Of a DNA stretch of 64,000 nt, positions 39,299-48,553 are shown one piece after another. Origin of the DNA: a virus; the IMG/VR virus record IMGVR_UViG_3300018080_000131, positions 1 to 64,000 of that record; one strand, written 5' to 3'. Under the pieces are notes generated by a model. The model was given only the letters and a program-made list of their open reading frames with translations, did not search any database and was not told the origin of the DNA. Position 1 is the stretch's first letter, and every line of letters begins with the position of its first letter. The translations under genes were made by a program, and so were the position numbers.

Positions 39299-39393
39299 TA
39301 ACTTGTTTGTTTTTATGTACTTAGAAAAAAACTTTAAAAAACTTTAAAAAAAGACTTGACAAACAAGAAAAAATGTTTTATATTATAAGTACA
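39299..39393 (+). promoter_or_regulatory. early promoter cassette
   Basis: TAA-N19-TTA 39299-39323; TTGACA 39356; TATATT 39379. Confidence 0.9.
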
Positions 39394-39726
39394 ATGACAA
39401 ATAAAAAGGAGCAAACAATGAAACAAGCAAAGAGAAAAGGTATTATTGGTGAGTGTCCTTTGTGTTCCACAGAGGCACAGAGCAGAGTGCTTTATTACAC
39501 AGAGGTTACTGGTGTTTATGAATGTGCTTTTTGTGGTGCAATTCATGGACAGTGTTACAAAGGTGATTCTTATACCTTGGTGAAACCTTTCTTCCATCCT
39601 AATCCTAATGAGGTTGAGGCTGAGGATACAAGGTATTATGATTTAACAGTATTGGGTTCTGATGGAGTAACAAGAAGGCATGGTTGGTTTGACCCCAAAA
39701 CAAAGACAATTATCCAGGTTGGATAA
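39394..39726 (+). CDS. Zn-binding hypothetical early protein (SD-led start 39418)
   Basis: CPLC, CAFC; RRHGWFDP. Confidence 0.65.
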   Translation: MTNKKEQTMKQAKRKGIIGECPLCSTEAQSRVLYYTEVTGVYECAFCGAIHGQCYKGDSYTLVKPFFHPNPNEVEAEDTRYYDLTVLGSDGVTRRHGWFDPKTKTIIQVG

Positions 39727-39727
39727 A

Positions 39728-40126
39728 ATGGTTGACAGAAAATATTATTCAACAATGATTCTTCCAATAGAAGTTTCACAAACAATAGCTGATTCTTTTT
39801 GTGGGATTTTTGGTCTTCCAAAAGTTGAAGTTATTTACAAAGATTTGTCTTATCTAAATGCTTGGGGATTGTATGAAGGAACTAAAGTGTTTCTGGAAAA
39901 AACAAGACCAAGGCTTGCTACTCTTCTTCATGAGATTGCCCATCATGTTCAGAATGAAGAGAATCCTAATTACAGATGTTTTGAATCTGTTCATGGTGCT
40001 TCTTATCAGAAAGCAATCAGAAAGGTTGTTAAGGTTTTTAGAGAAGCTTATGGTTGTGAAAGGTTTATATACTTTTCAGGTAAACAAATTTTAGAACCTA
40101 AAAGGAGAAAGAAAAATGGGTTATGA
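39728..40126 (+). CDS. HExxH metalloprotease-like (SprT-like) protein
   Basis: TLLHEIAHH...HG. Confidence 0.65.
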   Translation: MVDRKYYSTMILPIEVSQTIADSFCGIFGLPKVEVIYKDLSYLNAWGLYEGTKVFLEKTRPRLATLLHEIAHHVQNEENPNYRCFESVHGASYQKAIRKVVKVFREAYGCERFIYFSGKQILEPKRRKKNGL

Positions 40127-40544
40127 TGTAACATTGTATTTAGGAAATCTTTGGTCAACTGACAGTTGGAGAGAGGAAATCACAAATAGTAAAGGGGAGA
40201 GTATGCAGAGTTATGAGCAAGTTGCTGAAGTAGATTTGTGTTGTGTTGATAATTCTCTTCATAAACTTATGAATGAAATGCCAGTTAGTAGGTATTACAT
40301 TTGGCAAAAATCTGATGATATTGAGAATGAACCAAAAGTTACTAATGATGGTTACAATGATTTTAAGATGTTTACTGGTAATGATGTTAAAAAATTGTAT
40401 GCTTTGATAATGGCTGAACAGGCTAAAGATATGCATGAGTATCAAGGTAGCCAAGGCTATAGAAGATATGATATGGCACTTGGTATGCTTAGGAATCTTA
40501 TGGAGAATTTTAATAATCCTATTGTTATTTGGTATGGTAGTTAA
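40116..40544 (+). CDS. hypothetical protein
   Basis: SD GGAG. Confidence 0.6.
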   Translation: MGYDVTLYLGNLWSTDSWREEITNSKGESMQSYEQVAEVDLCCVDNSLHKLMNEMPVSRYYIWQKSDDIENEPKVTNDGYNDFKMFTGNDVKKLYALIMAEQAKDMHEYQGSQGYRRYDMALGMLRNLMENFNNPIVIWYGS

Positions 40545-40568
40545 GAAAATAAGAAAGAAGTAAGTAAA

Positions 40569-40781
40569 ATGATTTGGGTTTTAATGGAATGGCTTTACAC
40601 AGTATTGGGATTAGTAGGATGTTATTTAGTTGTGAAGAAAAAGAGAATAGGATGGTTGATTTGGCTTTTATCTTGTCCAATTATGGTAGGTGTTTTGATT
40701 CATAAACAAAGTTACCCAATTATTTTAGTGTTTATTGCTTATGGAATTTTAAACATTAAAGGATGGATAGAATGGAAATGA
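40569..40781 (+). CDS. small PnuC-like membrane protein
   Basis: EW...LG...L...K.RIGWLIW...GWIEW pattern. Confidence 0.55.
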   Translation: MIWVLMEWLYTVLGLVGCYLVVKKKRIGWLIWLLSCPIMVGVLIHKQSYPIILVFIAYGILNIKGWIEWK

Positions 40782-40913
40782 TTAAAACTAAGTGTTGTAA
40801 AAAAGCAGTAAATTATCATGTACAAGATAATTGCATACATGATTTTTTAACTTGTAGAGATTGTGGGAGAGAAGTAAATTTTAAAGGAAATATAATAAAA
40901 AAAGGAGAAAAAA

Positions 40914-41606
40914 ATGAGTAGAAAGAATGGTTTTAATGTTTGGATGACTATTTTAACATCTATGGTTTTAGGATTAATTGGTGGTTTTGTTGCTGAGATT
41001 CATAGTGATAAAAAGATTATAAAGACCTTGAATGAAAGATTGGCTGAGGTTGAGATTGAGCTTAAAGCTAATTCAAAGCAGATACCACACATAGCAAAGT
41101 ATATGACAGTGGTTAGGAATCTTACTGAAGCTGTTGGTGATAATATGACAGCATATGAGATTGTAGAAGTTTCAAAGATTATTGTTACTCAGTGTCAGAT
41201 TCATGAAGATATTGAGTTGACACCAGATTTGATTTTTGGGCTTATTGAAAGAGAGAGTGGGTTTAATCCTAATGCTGTTAGTTCAGCTAATGCTTATGGA
41301 TTAATGCAAATAACTAGAAGCTGTTTTGCAATTCATCTTTCAGAACTTGGATATGAGTTTTCAAAAGAGGTTGCTTTAAATCCAGTGGTAAATATTCAGG
41401 TTGGTATAATGGAATTGATTAGGTTGAGAAGGCTTTATTTGGAAGAAGGTTTTGAAGGTTGGAGTATTCCTTTACATTCTTATTTTTGGGGTGAGAGATA
41501 TACAAGAACACTGTTAACCACAAAGAATAGGGTTAATGTTCCTGGTTTGGAATATTCAAAAGGAATAATAGACCTTGCAAAAGGATGGAAGGAGAAGGGA
41601 GTATGA
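40914..41606 (+). CDS. lytic transglycosylase (SLT) with N-terminal TM/signal-anchor
   Basis: IERESGFNPNAVSSANAYGLMQI, LNPVVNIQVG, SYFWG. Confidence 0.88.
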   Translation: MSRKNGFNVWMTILTSMVLGLIGGFVAEIHSDKKIIKTLNERLAEVEIELKANSKQIPHIAKYMTVVRNLTEAVGDNMTAYEIVEVSKIIVTQCQIHEDIELTPDLIFGLIERESGFNPNAVSSANAYGLMQITRSCFAIHLSELGYEFSKEVALNPVVNIQVGIMELIRLRRLYLEEGFEGWSIPLHSYFWGERYTRTLLTTKNRVNVPGLEYSKGIIDLAKGWKEKGV

Positions 41607-42412
41607 AAAAAGAAGAAAAAATTAAAATAGTTAAGGATTTTCATAAAGGTGTAGAATTACAAAGACAAGCTGATAATTTGATGTATGGGGTTTCTTCTAT
41701 ATCTCATGAGATTAAAGAAGGGGAAAGAATAATTATTTCTTTTATATATAAAGGTAAGGGTTATAAGATTTTTGGAGAGGATTTAATAAATGGGTAAGTT
41801 AAAGGTAACAGAAGAGCTTATTAGAAAGGCTGAGAGAGTGATTGGTAATGGTAGTATACCAACTAATAGGGGATTAAGTAGAAAGGAGCTTAGAAGCCTT
41901 GAGAGAGCTAATATAGTAAAGAAAACTAAGGTATTTGAGAAGAAGAAATACTCAGATGCTAATCCTCAGTATTATTATATATGGGAGATGGTTGAAAAAT
42001 GAAACAAAAAAAGGAAAAACATTTAGTTAATCCAGACAGATTTTATGTTATTCAAAAGCTTGAAGATTTAGGTGGGAAAACTAATGATTTAACTTTAATT
42101 TGTTGTGATTGTGGTTTGGTTCATGATGTTTGGTTTAAAGTTAAAAATGAAAAGTTGTATTTTAAAATAGATAGAAATGAATATGAAACTGAATATTGGA
42201 GAAAATATGGAAAGTTACCAGATAGGAGAAAGAAGAGAGGTATTTTTAAATGAGTAAAAATTTTTATATGAATGATTATAATGAGGCTGAAGGTGTTTTT
42301 GTTGATACAGCTATTAATGAAATTTGTGATATTATGTTGTATAGGGGTAATATGATGGAAGAAGGAAGACTAAGAGAGATTCTTGGTAAATTGATTTTAA
42401 GGGTGATAAAAG

Positions 42413-42841
42413 ATGAGCAAAAATAAAGTTCCTAAAACAAAGGTAAAAAAAGAGAGAATAGATTTACTTGATTTTGCTGTTATGAATGTTGTGATGTATA
42501 TGGAAATTGAAAGAGATGCTAGAAATGTTCTTATTAGAACAAAAAGACTTACTCAGTTTCTTGATTTGAAGTTGAAAATAGAAATGGCTTTTTGTGAGAA
42601 TGTTTTGATTAATCTGTTTGGGGTTTCAAAAGCTGAGATTATAAGAATAGCTGAAGGATTTAGAGCAGATAAAAATTGGGAAAAAGAGGTTGAGAGGTTT
42701 GTTGATGCTGTTGCTCCAGGTGGAACAAAGAAGGTTCAGTTATTTAATGAGAATGATTTTAAGAATGAGGTTATTAATCAAGATAGAACTAAAAAGGAAG
42801 AAAAGAAAATAAAAACAGGTGGTGGGTTGATAATATCATGA
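42413..42841 (+). CDS. hypothetical protein
   Basis: 142 aa ORF coupled to the next gene. Confidence 0.6.
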   Translation: MSKNKVPKTKVKKERIDLLDFAVMNVVMYMEIERDARNVLIRTKRLTQFLDLKLKIEMAFCENVLINLFGVSKAEIIRIAEGFRADKNWEKEVERFVDAVAPGGTKKVQLFNENDFKNEVINQDRTKKEEKKIKTGGGLIIS

Positions 42842-43239
42842 AAGAAAAAAGATTAAAAAGAAGTGAAAAAAGAAAACATAGTAATATGGTTGTTGCTGTT
42901 GATTTGGATGGCACTATTATTAAAGATTGGTCAGGAAGTATATTTGAATTTGGTGAGCTTCAGAAAGGTGCAGTTGATTATATGAAGAAGATAAGAAAAG
43001 CTGGTTATACTATTATGATTCATACATGCAGATTAACTCCAAGTGTTTATAAGTATGCTAATGATACACAAGAGCTTGCATTAGTGAGAATAGAAAAGTT
43101 TCTTGATGATAATGATATTCCTTATGATGCTTTTTGGGTAGGAGAAGGGAAACCAGTTGCAGATTTTTATATTGATGATAGAGGAATAAGATTTGAAACA
43201 TGGAAACAGGTTTGGAGAGAGATGAATGAAAGAATGTGA
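42838..43239 (+). CDS. HAD-superfamily phosphatase-like protein
   Basis: VAVDLDGTI, HTCR, GKPVADFYIDDR. Confidence 0.88.
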   Translation: MKEKRLKRSEKRKHSNMVVAVDLDGTIIKDWSGSIFEFGELQKGAVDYMKKIRKAGYTIMIHTCRLTPSVYKYANDTQELALVRIEKFLDDNDIPYDAFWVGEGKPVADFYIDDRGIRFETWKQVWREMNERM

Positions 43240-43495
43240 GTTGTGTGATTTGGAAAAGAAAACTAAGTGGTATTATGAAGATTCTGAATTTGTAGTTTGT
43301 GATTGTGAAACTTGTAAAATTCCTATGATTGTTAGTAAAGACCATAATTTTAGGTTAAAGGATTTTCCTGGTCATGGTGCAGATAGAATTTTTAAGATAG
43401 TTCAAAAAGTGTTTCCAGGTAGAGATTTTTATTTTAGAACTGAGCAAAGAAAGGTAAAGAATCATTGGCATTGGCACATAATTTTTGAGGAGTAA
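43226..43495 (+). CDS. HIT-like protein
   Basis: N-terminal CELC and C-terminal HWHWHI triad. Confidence 0.7.
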   Translation: MKECELCDLEKKTKWYYEDSEFVVCDCETCKIPMIVSKDHNFRLKDFPGHGADRIFKIVQKVFPGRDFYFRTEQRKVKNHWHWHIIFEE

Positions 43496-44036
43496 AATAA
43501 TGTTATATGAATTTTCAAAACAGTTTGAATCTTTTGTTAAAGCTTGTAAGAGTCAGTGGGTTTGTGGTGGTGATAGATATGCTTTAGAAGAGAATAAAGA
43601 GTTCACTGATTTGGTTTGTGAGATTGCTGGTAATATTTGGATAGGTGGAAATATTATTAAGTATTCAGGTGAGATTTGGAATTCAAAAAGGCATGGAGAA
43701 CCTATTGTTGAAGTTAACTTTTTCAAAATTGCTGTTTATTCTTATATTTGGTGGTTGAAAGAGGTAAAACACCCAACAACAGGAATTGCATTGAAGAAGA
43801 AATATTGGTATGAGTTTGTTGTAGGAATGTGGAAAGCTCATTGTGGTTTAGATAAGTTAGGAGAAATTGGAACAGATACATTTATTGAGTTGATAGATTG
43901 GTTGAAAATGCTTGGTCCAAAGAAAATAGAATATTGGGATATTTTGTTTACAGTAGGAGCAAGAGCTTATGAATGGTGGTTATTAGAACAGCATAATTTA
44001 ACTGATAGAGATAAAGGTGAGGAATTTGAGAAATGA
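43485..44036 (+). CDS. hypothetical protein
   Basis: 183 aa; GNIIKY...FFKIAVY. Confidence 0.55.
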   Translation: MRSKIMLYEFSKQFESFVKACKSQWVCGGDRYALEENKEFTDLVCEIAGNIWIGGNIIKYSGEIWNSKRHGEPIVEVNFFKIAVYSYIWWLKEVKHPTTGIALKKKYWYEFVVGMWKAHCGLDKLGEIGTDTFIELIDWLKMLGPKKIEYWDILFTVGARAYEWWLLEQHNLTDRDKGEEFEK

Positions 44037-44563
44037 AAATTAGATTTATAATAGAAATTTATAATAAATATGATTATTTTGGTAAAGATGAGTTTAGAAC
44101 TTTTAGAGTTGTTGATGATACAGATGTTAATTCTATTGAAACTGCTGAAATAGAAATTAAAAAATTGATTGATAAATTTAATGAAGAAGAAAAAAATAAT
44201 TATGGAGAAAAGGCTGGAAGTAGAAAATTATTAAGAATTATTGATGAAGAAAAATTAAAAAAGTGTCCAACTGAATTAATATGGGATTCTTATATGAGAC
44301 AGGAATTACAGGGTGAGTGTTCTGAATGTGGGTATAAGTTTATTGATTTTTTTAATAGAGGAAAACAAAAACCAGAAAATTTTAAACATTGTTTGGGTTT
44401 TGGTCAATCAAGAGTTAAAAATTTTGATAGAGTTATTGTTTTTGAGTGTCCAAAATGTTTTTTAAAATCACAATTTCATTGTAATGATAATTGGTATGAT
44501 TTATATGGTGAATGGATTGTTGATAATTCTATATTTTTGAAAGATGAGAAAAATAATGAGTAA
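44033..44563 (+). CDS. hypothetical protein with Zn ribbon
   Basis: CSEC...CPKC. Confidence 0.55.
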   Translation: MKIRFIIEIYNKYDYFGKDEFRTFRVVDDTDVNSIETAEIEIKKLIDKFNEEEKNNYGEKAGSRKLLRIIDEEKLKKCPTELIWDSYMRQELQGECSECGYKFIDFFNRGKQKPENFKHCLGFGQSRVKNFDRVIVFECPKCFLKSQFHCNDNWYDLYGEWIVDNSIFLKDEKNNE

Positions 44564-46229
44564 AGCTGTGTGTGATTTAAAAGGTGGTTCTTGTGTTGCA
44601 GAAGCAAGGTATTATAGTGAAGGAGAAGATTGGGATAAGTTGGCTATGAGAGTTTCACAGGCTATTGGTGTTAATGAAAGTGATATTGTGGTAGCTCAAA
44701 CATATGATATAATAAATAGAAAAGAGTTTATTCCTGGTGGTAGGATTCTTAGAAATGCAGGAAAGCTAAAAAGAAATCTTTTAAACTGTTTTGTTATTCC
44801 TATTGATGATAGTATAGAGGCTATTGCTAATTGTATGAGAGATTCATTAATAACTTGGTCTTCTGGTGGTGGAGTAGGTGTTAATTTTTCTCCATTAAGA
44901 CCAGTAGGAGAAGAGATTAAAGGGAAAGGTGGTGAGTCTTCAGGATTGGTATCTTTCCTAGAGGCTATGGATGCTGTTGCTAATACTATTGAGTGTGGTG
45001 GTCAAAGAAGGAGTGCTTGTATTGCTATTGTTGATATTTCTCATCCAGAGATAGAAGAGTTTATTGATGCAAAGTTGAAGCATGGGAAGTTGAAAAACTT
45101 TAATATATCAGTTGGTATTAATGATGCATTTCTTGAAGCAGTAGAAAGAGGGAATGGCTGGAATTTAGAGTTTAGGCAAAAGGTATATAAAGAGGTAATG
45201 GCTAGAGATTTGTGGGATAAGATTCTAAAAAACATGATTAATTCAGCAGAACCAGGATTGTTGAATATGAGTAATTTGACTAAAGCTAATAGTTATTACT
45301 TTTCTCCTATTATTGCTACTAATCCTTGTGGAGAACTTCCTTTGAGTGCTTATGGTTCTTGTGATTTAGGAGCTTTGAATTTACCTTTATTTGTTACTCC
45401 AGGTGGTTATACTAATTGGAAATCTTTGGAAGATGTTATAAAATTAGCTGTTAGGTTTTTGGATAATGTTATAGATATAACTACATACCCAATTCCACAA
45501 ATGAAAGAAGTTGCAGAAAAAGGAAGAAGAGTTGGTTTGGGGATAATGGGATTAGCTGATTATTTATTTCTGAAGAAAATAAGATATGGTTCTGAAAAGG
45601 CTAATAATGAGATTGAACATTTGTTTAAGTTTATTAGAAATACAGCATATGAAACAAGTATAAAGCTTGCAAAAGAAAAAGAACCTTTCCCAGCATTTGA
45701 TTCAGTGGATTATGGTAAGGCTAGTTTTGTTAGGAAGCTTCCTGCTAAGATAAGAAAGGCTATAAAGGAAAATGGTATTAGGAATTCTTCTCTTTTAACA
45801 GTTGCTCCTACAGGTACAACAAGTATGGTAGGAGAAGTTACAAGTGGAATTGAGCCTTTGTTTTCTAAAGCACATAGAAGAAAGGATGCTTTAGGTGAGA
45901 GAGTTATTATTCATCCTATGTATATAGAATTTTTGAAAGATGGGAAGATTCCTGATTGGTTTGTTGATGCTCATGATTTGAAACCAGAAGAGCATTTTGA
46001 AACACAGGCTTTGATTCAGAAATATGTGGATGGAAGTATAAGCAAAACAATTAATCTTCCTGCTAATACAACAGTTAAGCAGTTGTCAGAATGGCTTCTT
46101 GAATATGCTTATGAGTTGAAGGGAGTTACAGTGTATGTTGATAAAAGTAGGAAGGAGCAGGTTTTGTATCCTATGAGTAAAAAGGAAGTAAAAGAATATT
46201 TGAAGGAGAAGGAAAATGAAAGCAAGTAA
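44544..46229 (+). CDS. nrdJ: ribonucleotide reductase, class II (B12-dependent), compact
   Basis: PGGRIL, NCFV, GGGVG, TNPCGE, SCDLGALNL, RRVGLGIMG, APTGT, SGIEP, ISKTINLP. Ends TVYVDKSRKEQVL with no class I Tyr-Tyr pair. Confidence 0.9.
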   Translation: MRKIMSKAVCDLKGGSCVAEARYYSEGEDWDKLAMRVSQAIGVNESDIVVAQTYDIINRKEFIPGGRILRNAGKLKRNLLNCFVIPIDDSIEAIANCMRDSLITWSSGGGVGVNFSPLRPVGEEIKGKGGESSGLVSFLEAMDAVANTIECGGQRRSACIAIVDISHPEIEEFIDAKLKHGKLKNFNISVGINDAFLEAVERGNGWNLEFRQKVYKEVMARDLWDKILKNMINSAEPGLLNMSNLTKANSYYFSPIIATNPCGELPLSAYGSCDLGALNLPLFVTPGGYTNWKSLEDVIKLAVRFLDNVIDITTYPIPQMKEVAEKGRRVGLGIMGLADYLFLKKIRYGSEKANNEIEHLFKFIRNTAYETSIKLAKEKEPFPAFDSVDYGKASFVRKLPAKIRKAIKENGIRNSSLLTVAPTGTTSMVGEVTSGIEPLFSKAHRRKDALGERVIIHPMYIEFLKDGKIPDWFVDAHDLKPEEHFETQALIQKYVDGSISKTINLPANTTVKQLSEWLLEYAYELKGVTVYVDKSRKEQVLYPMSKKEVKEYLKEKENESK

Positions 46230-46527
46230 ATATTTAAAAGGTGAGATTCTTTATGAGATTTTTGAAGAAATGTGTAAAAGGGTTGGAGCTAGTCTTGATG
46301 ATATTGAGCTTGTGGAGAATAATGGTAAATATGAGTTTCCATATTATGCTTATGAATGGACAGAAGAAGAAGAATCTGATTTTAGGAAATGGTTGACAAA
46401 CTATCTATATAAAAACAGAAAGAAGTTTGGAATGTCATATATGACAAAGAAGAGGATTGATATTTATGAGACTCCATTATTTTTGTTAATGTATGGATGG
46501 AAATATAAGCAAGGAGAAGAAAAATGA
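46216..46527 (+). CDS. hypothetical phage protein
   Basis: EMCKRVG...YEWTEEEE...F..WL...YGWK. Confidence 0.6.
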   Translation: MKASKYLKGEILYEIFEEMCKRVGASLDDIELVENNGKYEFPYYAYEWTEEEESDFRKWLTNYLYKNRKKFGMSYMTKKRIDIYETPLFLLMYGWKYKQGEEK

Positions 46528-46691
46528 ATAAAACTATTTCATTTGAAATTGAATGTATTCTTGGTCAGGGTTATATTCTTACTTATGAAAGTAATGATTT
46601 TTCTTGTAGTGGTGAAGAAAAGCATATTTTTATGAGTAGACAAGAGCTTTATGATTTTATTGAAAAGAAATTTGAAGAGGAAAATGTTTAA
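46524..46691 (+). CDS. small hypothetical protein (not in ORF track)
   Basis: 55 aa, SD GGAG, ends KFEEENV. Confidence 0.55.
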   Translation: MNKTISFEIECILGQGYILTYESNDFSCSGEEKHIFMSRQELYDFIEKKFEEENV

Positions 46692-46832
46692 ATGAGATTA
46701 GAAGAAGCTGAAGATAAGGCATATGAGTTATTGGAAGCAGGTTATGTTTGCTCTGATTGGACAATTGAAGTAGATAGTTTTTTAGAGTGGTTGAGGGAGA
46801 ATGGGATAAAATTTGAAGAGGAGAATGTTTAA
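46692..46832 (+). CDS. small hypothetical protein (not in ORF track)
   Basis: 46 aa, ends KFEEENV, starts directly after the previous stop. Confidence 0.55.
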   Translation: MRLEEAEDKAYELLEAGYVCSDWTIEVDSFLEWLRENGIKFEEENV

Positions 46833-46996
46833 ATGAGAATGTGTTTATGGCTTATTCAGTTAGGTGTTTGGTTTATTGTAACAAGATTGGATAATAGTTT
46901 AAATATTACTATTCTTGCTGTAGTTAGCTTGTTTATTTCATTATTGGCTTTAGGAGTTGATTGGGGTAATAAAGAAGGAGCTAGGTGGAAAAAATA

Positions 46997-47085
46997 GGTT
47001 GAAATATGGGTAAAATATACCTGTATAAGGGTGTTAGAGGCTTTCTAAGAGAAGAACTATATAATAGTAATATGTTTACATTAGT
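46997..47085 (+). repeat. dispersed repeat, copy C
   Basis: GGTTGAAATATGGGTAAAATATACCTGTATAAGG...TTCTAAG...AACTATATAATA...TATGTTTACATTA; closely matches 52060-52148. Confidence 0.85.
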
Positions 47086-47360
47086 AGAAATAGAAAGATG
47101 CTTAGGATTGGTCTAATGAAAAGAATAAGTGGTATTGATATTAGTAAATGGGGTATTTGGTTTAATTATCAGTTTTGGATTGACAAAGAAAAAAGAATAA
47201 ATGAGGAAGACGGTTTGCTTTATGTGTGGATATGGAAAAGAAAGAAAAAATATAGAAGATTCAAATACTGTTCTTCTATATCTCAGGGTTTGTTTAAGAG
47301 CTTGAAAGAGGTAAGGGAATTTTGGGTTGATTATAATAAATTTGTAAGATGGTATAAAAC

Positions 47361-48275
47361 ATGAAAACAATAGATGAGATTTTTGAAGGTGTTTGGGTTA
47401 GTGATGGTGAGTTTTTAATTCAGTGTCCTTATTGTAATGACCATCCTACTCATAATCATTGTTATGTGAATATCAAAAAAAGTGTTTTTAATTGTTTTTA
47501 TTGTGGAGAATCAGGAACATTAAAAAAGCTGTTAAAGGATTTTGGTGATGATGAGAAGGTTAAGACGATAAGAAGAAGGCATGGGGTTAAAGAAAGACAA
47601 AAACATAAAGAAATATCAATTGATGAGTTTAATAGATTTAATCCAGTAACAGGAGCTAATGGTACTAATGATTTATTAGCATTGAAATATCTTGAGAATA
47701 GAGGATTAAGACCATTTGAGATTAGGAATTATGATATTAGGTATGCTTCTTCAGGTAAGTATTTTGGAAGGGTGATTATTCCTATTTATGAGGAAGGTGA
47801 TTTGGTTTGTTTTATTGCAAGAAGTTTCTTAGATATGATTGAACCTAAATATTTATTTCCAAAGCATGGAGAAACTAAATTAACTACAAATGAAGCATTA
47901 TTTGGGTATGAGAAATCAAGAGATTATTGGTCAAGCAATCATGTTATTGTAGAAGGTGTTTTTGATGCTATAAAGATAAATCAAACAGATAATTTTAAAG
48001 GTATAGCTATTATGAGCAAGCATTTAAGTGAAGGTCAGAAATATAAGCTGTTGAAGCTGGAAGGAACTTTTTATATAATGCTAGATTCAGATGCTAAGTT
48101 AGATTCTTTGAAGGTTGCTGGAGAATTATCTAAGTATGGAAAAATTGTGAAGGTTGCGTTTATTAAAAGTAAAGACCCAGGAGAAGCTAGTTTGAAGGAA
48201 ATAAGAAAGGCTTTGAGACAAGCTGAGCCTTTTTCTTATGAACTAGAAATGAGAATAAAAATGGAGGATTGGTAA
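47361..48275 (+). CDS. DNA primase (Zn finger + TOPRIM)
   Basis: CPYC..H..CFYC, YLENRG, GRVIIPI, IARS, PKY, VEGVFDA, LDSD, KDPGE. Confidence 0.92.
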   Translation: MKTIDEIFEGVWVSDGEFLIQCPYCNDHPTHNHCYVNIKKSVFNCFYCGESGTLKKLLKDFGDDEKVKTIRRRHGVKERQKHKEISIDEFNRFNPVTGANGTNDLLALKYLENRGLRPFEIRNYDIRYASSGKYFGRVIIPIYEEGDLVCFIARSFLDMIEPKYLFPKHGETKLTTNEALFGYEKSRDYWSSNHVIVEGVFDAIKINQTDNFKGIAIMSKHLSEGQKYKLLKLEGTFYIMLDSDAKLDSLKVAGELSKYGKIVKVAFIKSKDPGEASLKEIRKALRQAEPFSYELEMRIKMEDW

Positions 48276-48286
48276 GGCAGGTAAAA

Positions 48287-48553
48287 ATGCTAAAAATAAC
48301 AGTTGAGATTATTCCTTTTGGAATAAAAGATATGAAGAAAAGGCTTGGCGAGATATATATTACTAATGATGGTACTGGAAATGAAGAAATAGGAAATTAT
48401 AATTATACAATTAAAACTGAAAGAAGACAAGATGAGAAGATTGGTGATGAGTTAAAAGGGAGAGTAGAGAACTTCCAAAGAAGAAAGTGTAATTTTTGGA
48501 AGCTGTTGTATTTGATTTTGAAGGGAGTTTATGATGGGAGAGAAAAAATATAA
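48287..48553 (+). CDS. hypothetical phage protein
   Basis: MLKITVEIIPFG...I.NDGTG...GNY motif. Confidence 0.6.
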   Translation: MLKITVEIIPFGIKDMKKRLGEIYITNDGTGNEEIGNYNYTIKTERRQDEKIGDELKGRVENFQRRKCNFWKLLYLILKGVYDGREKI

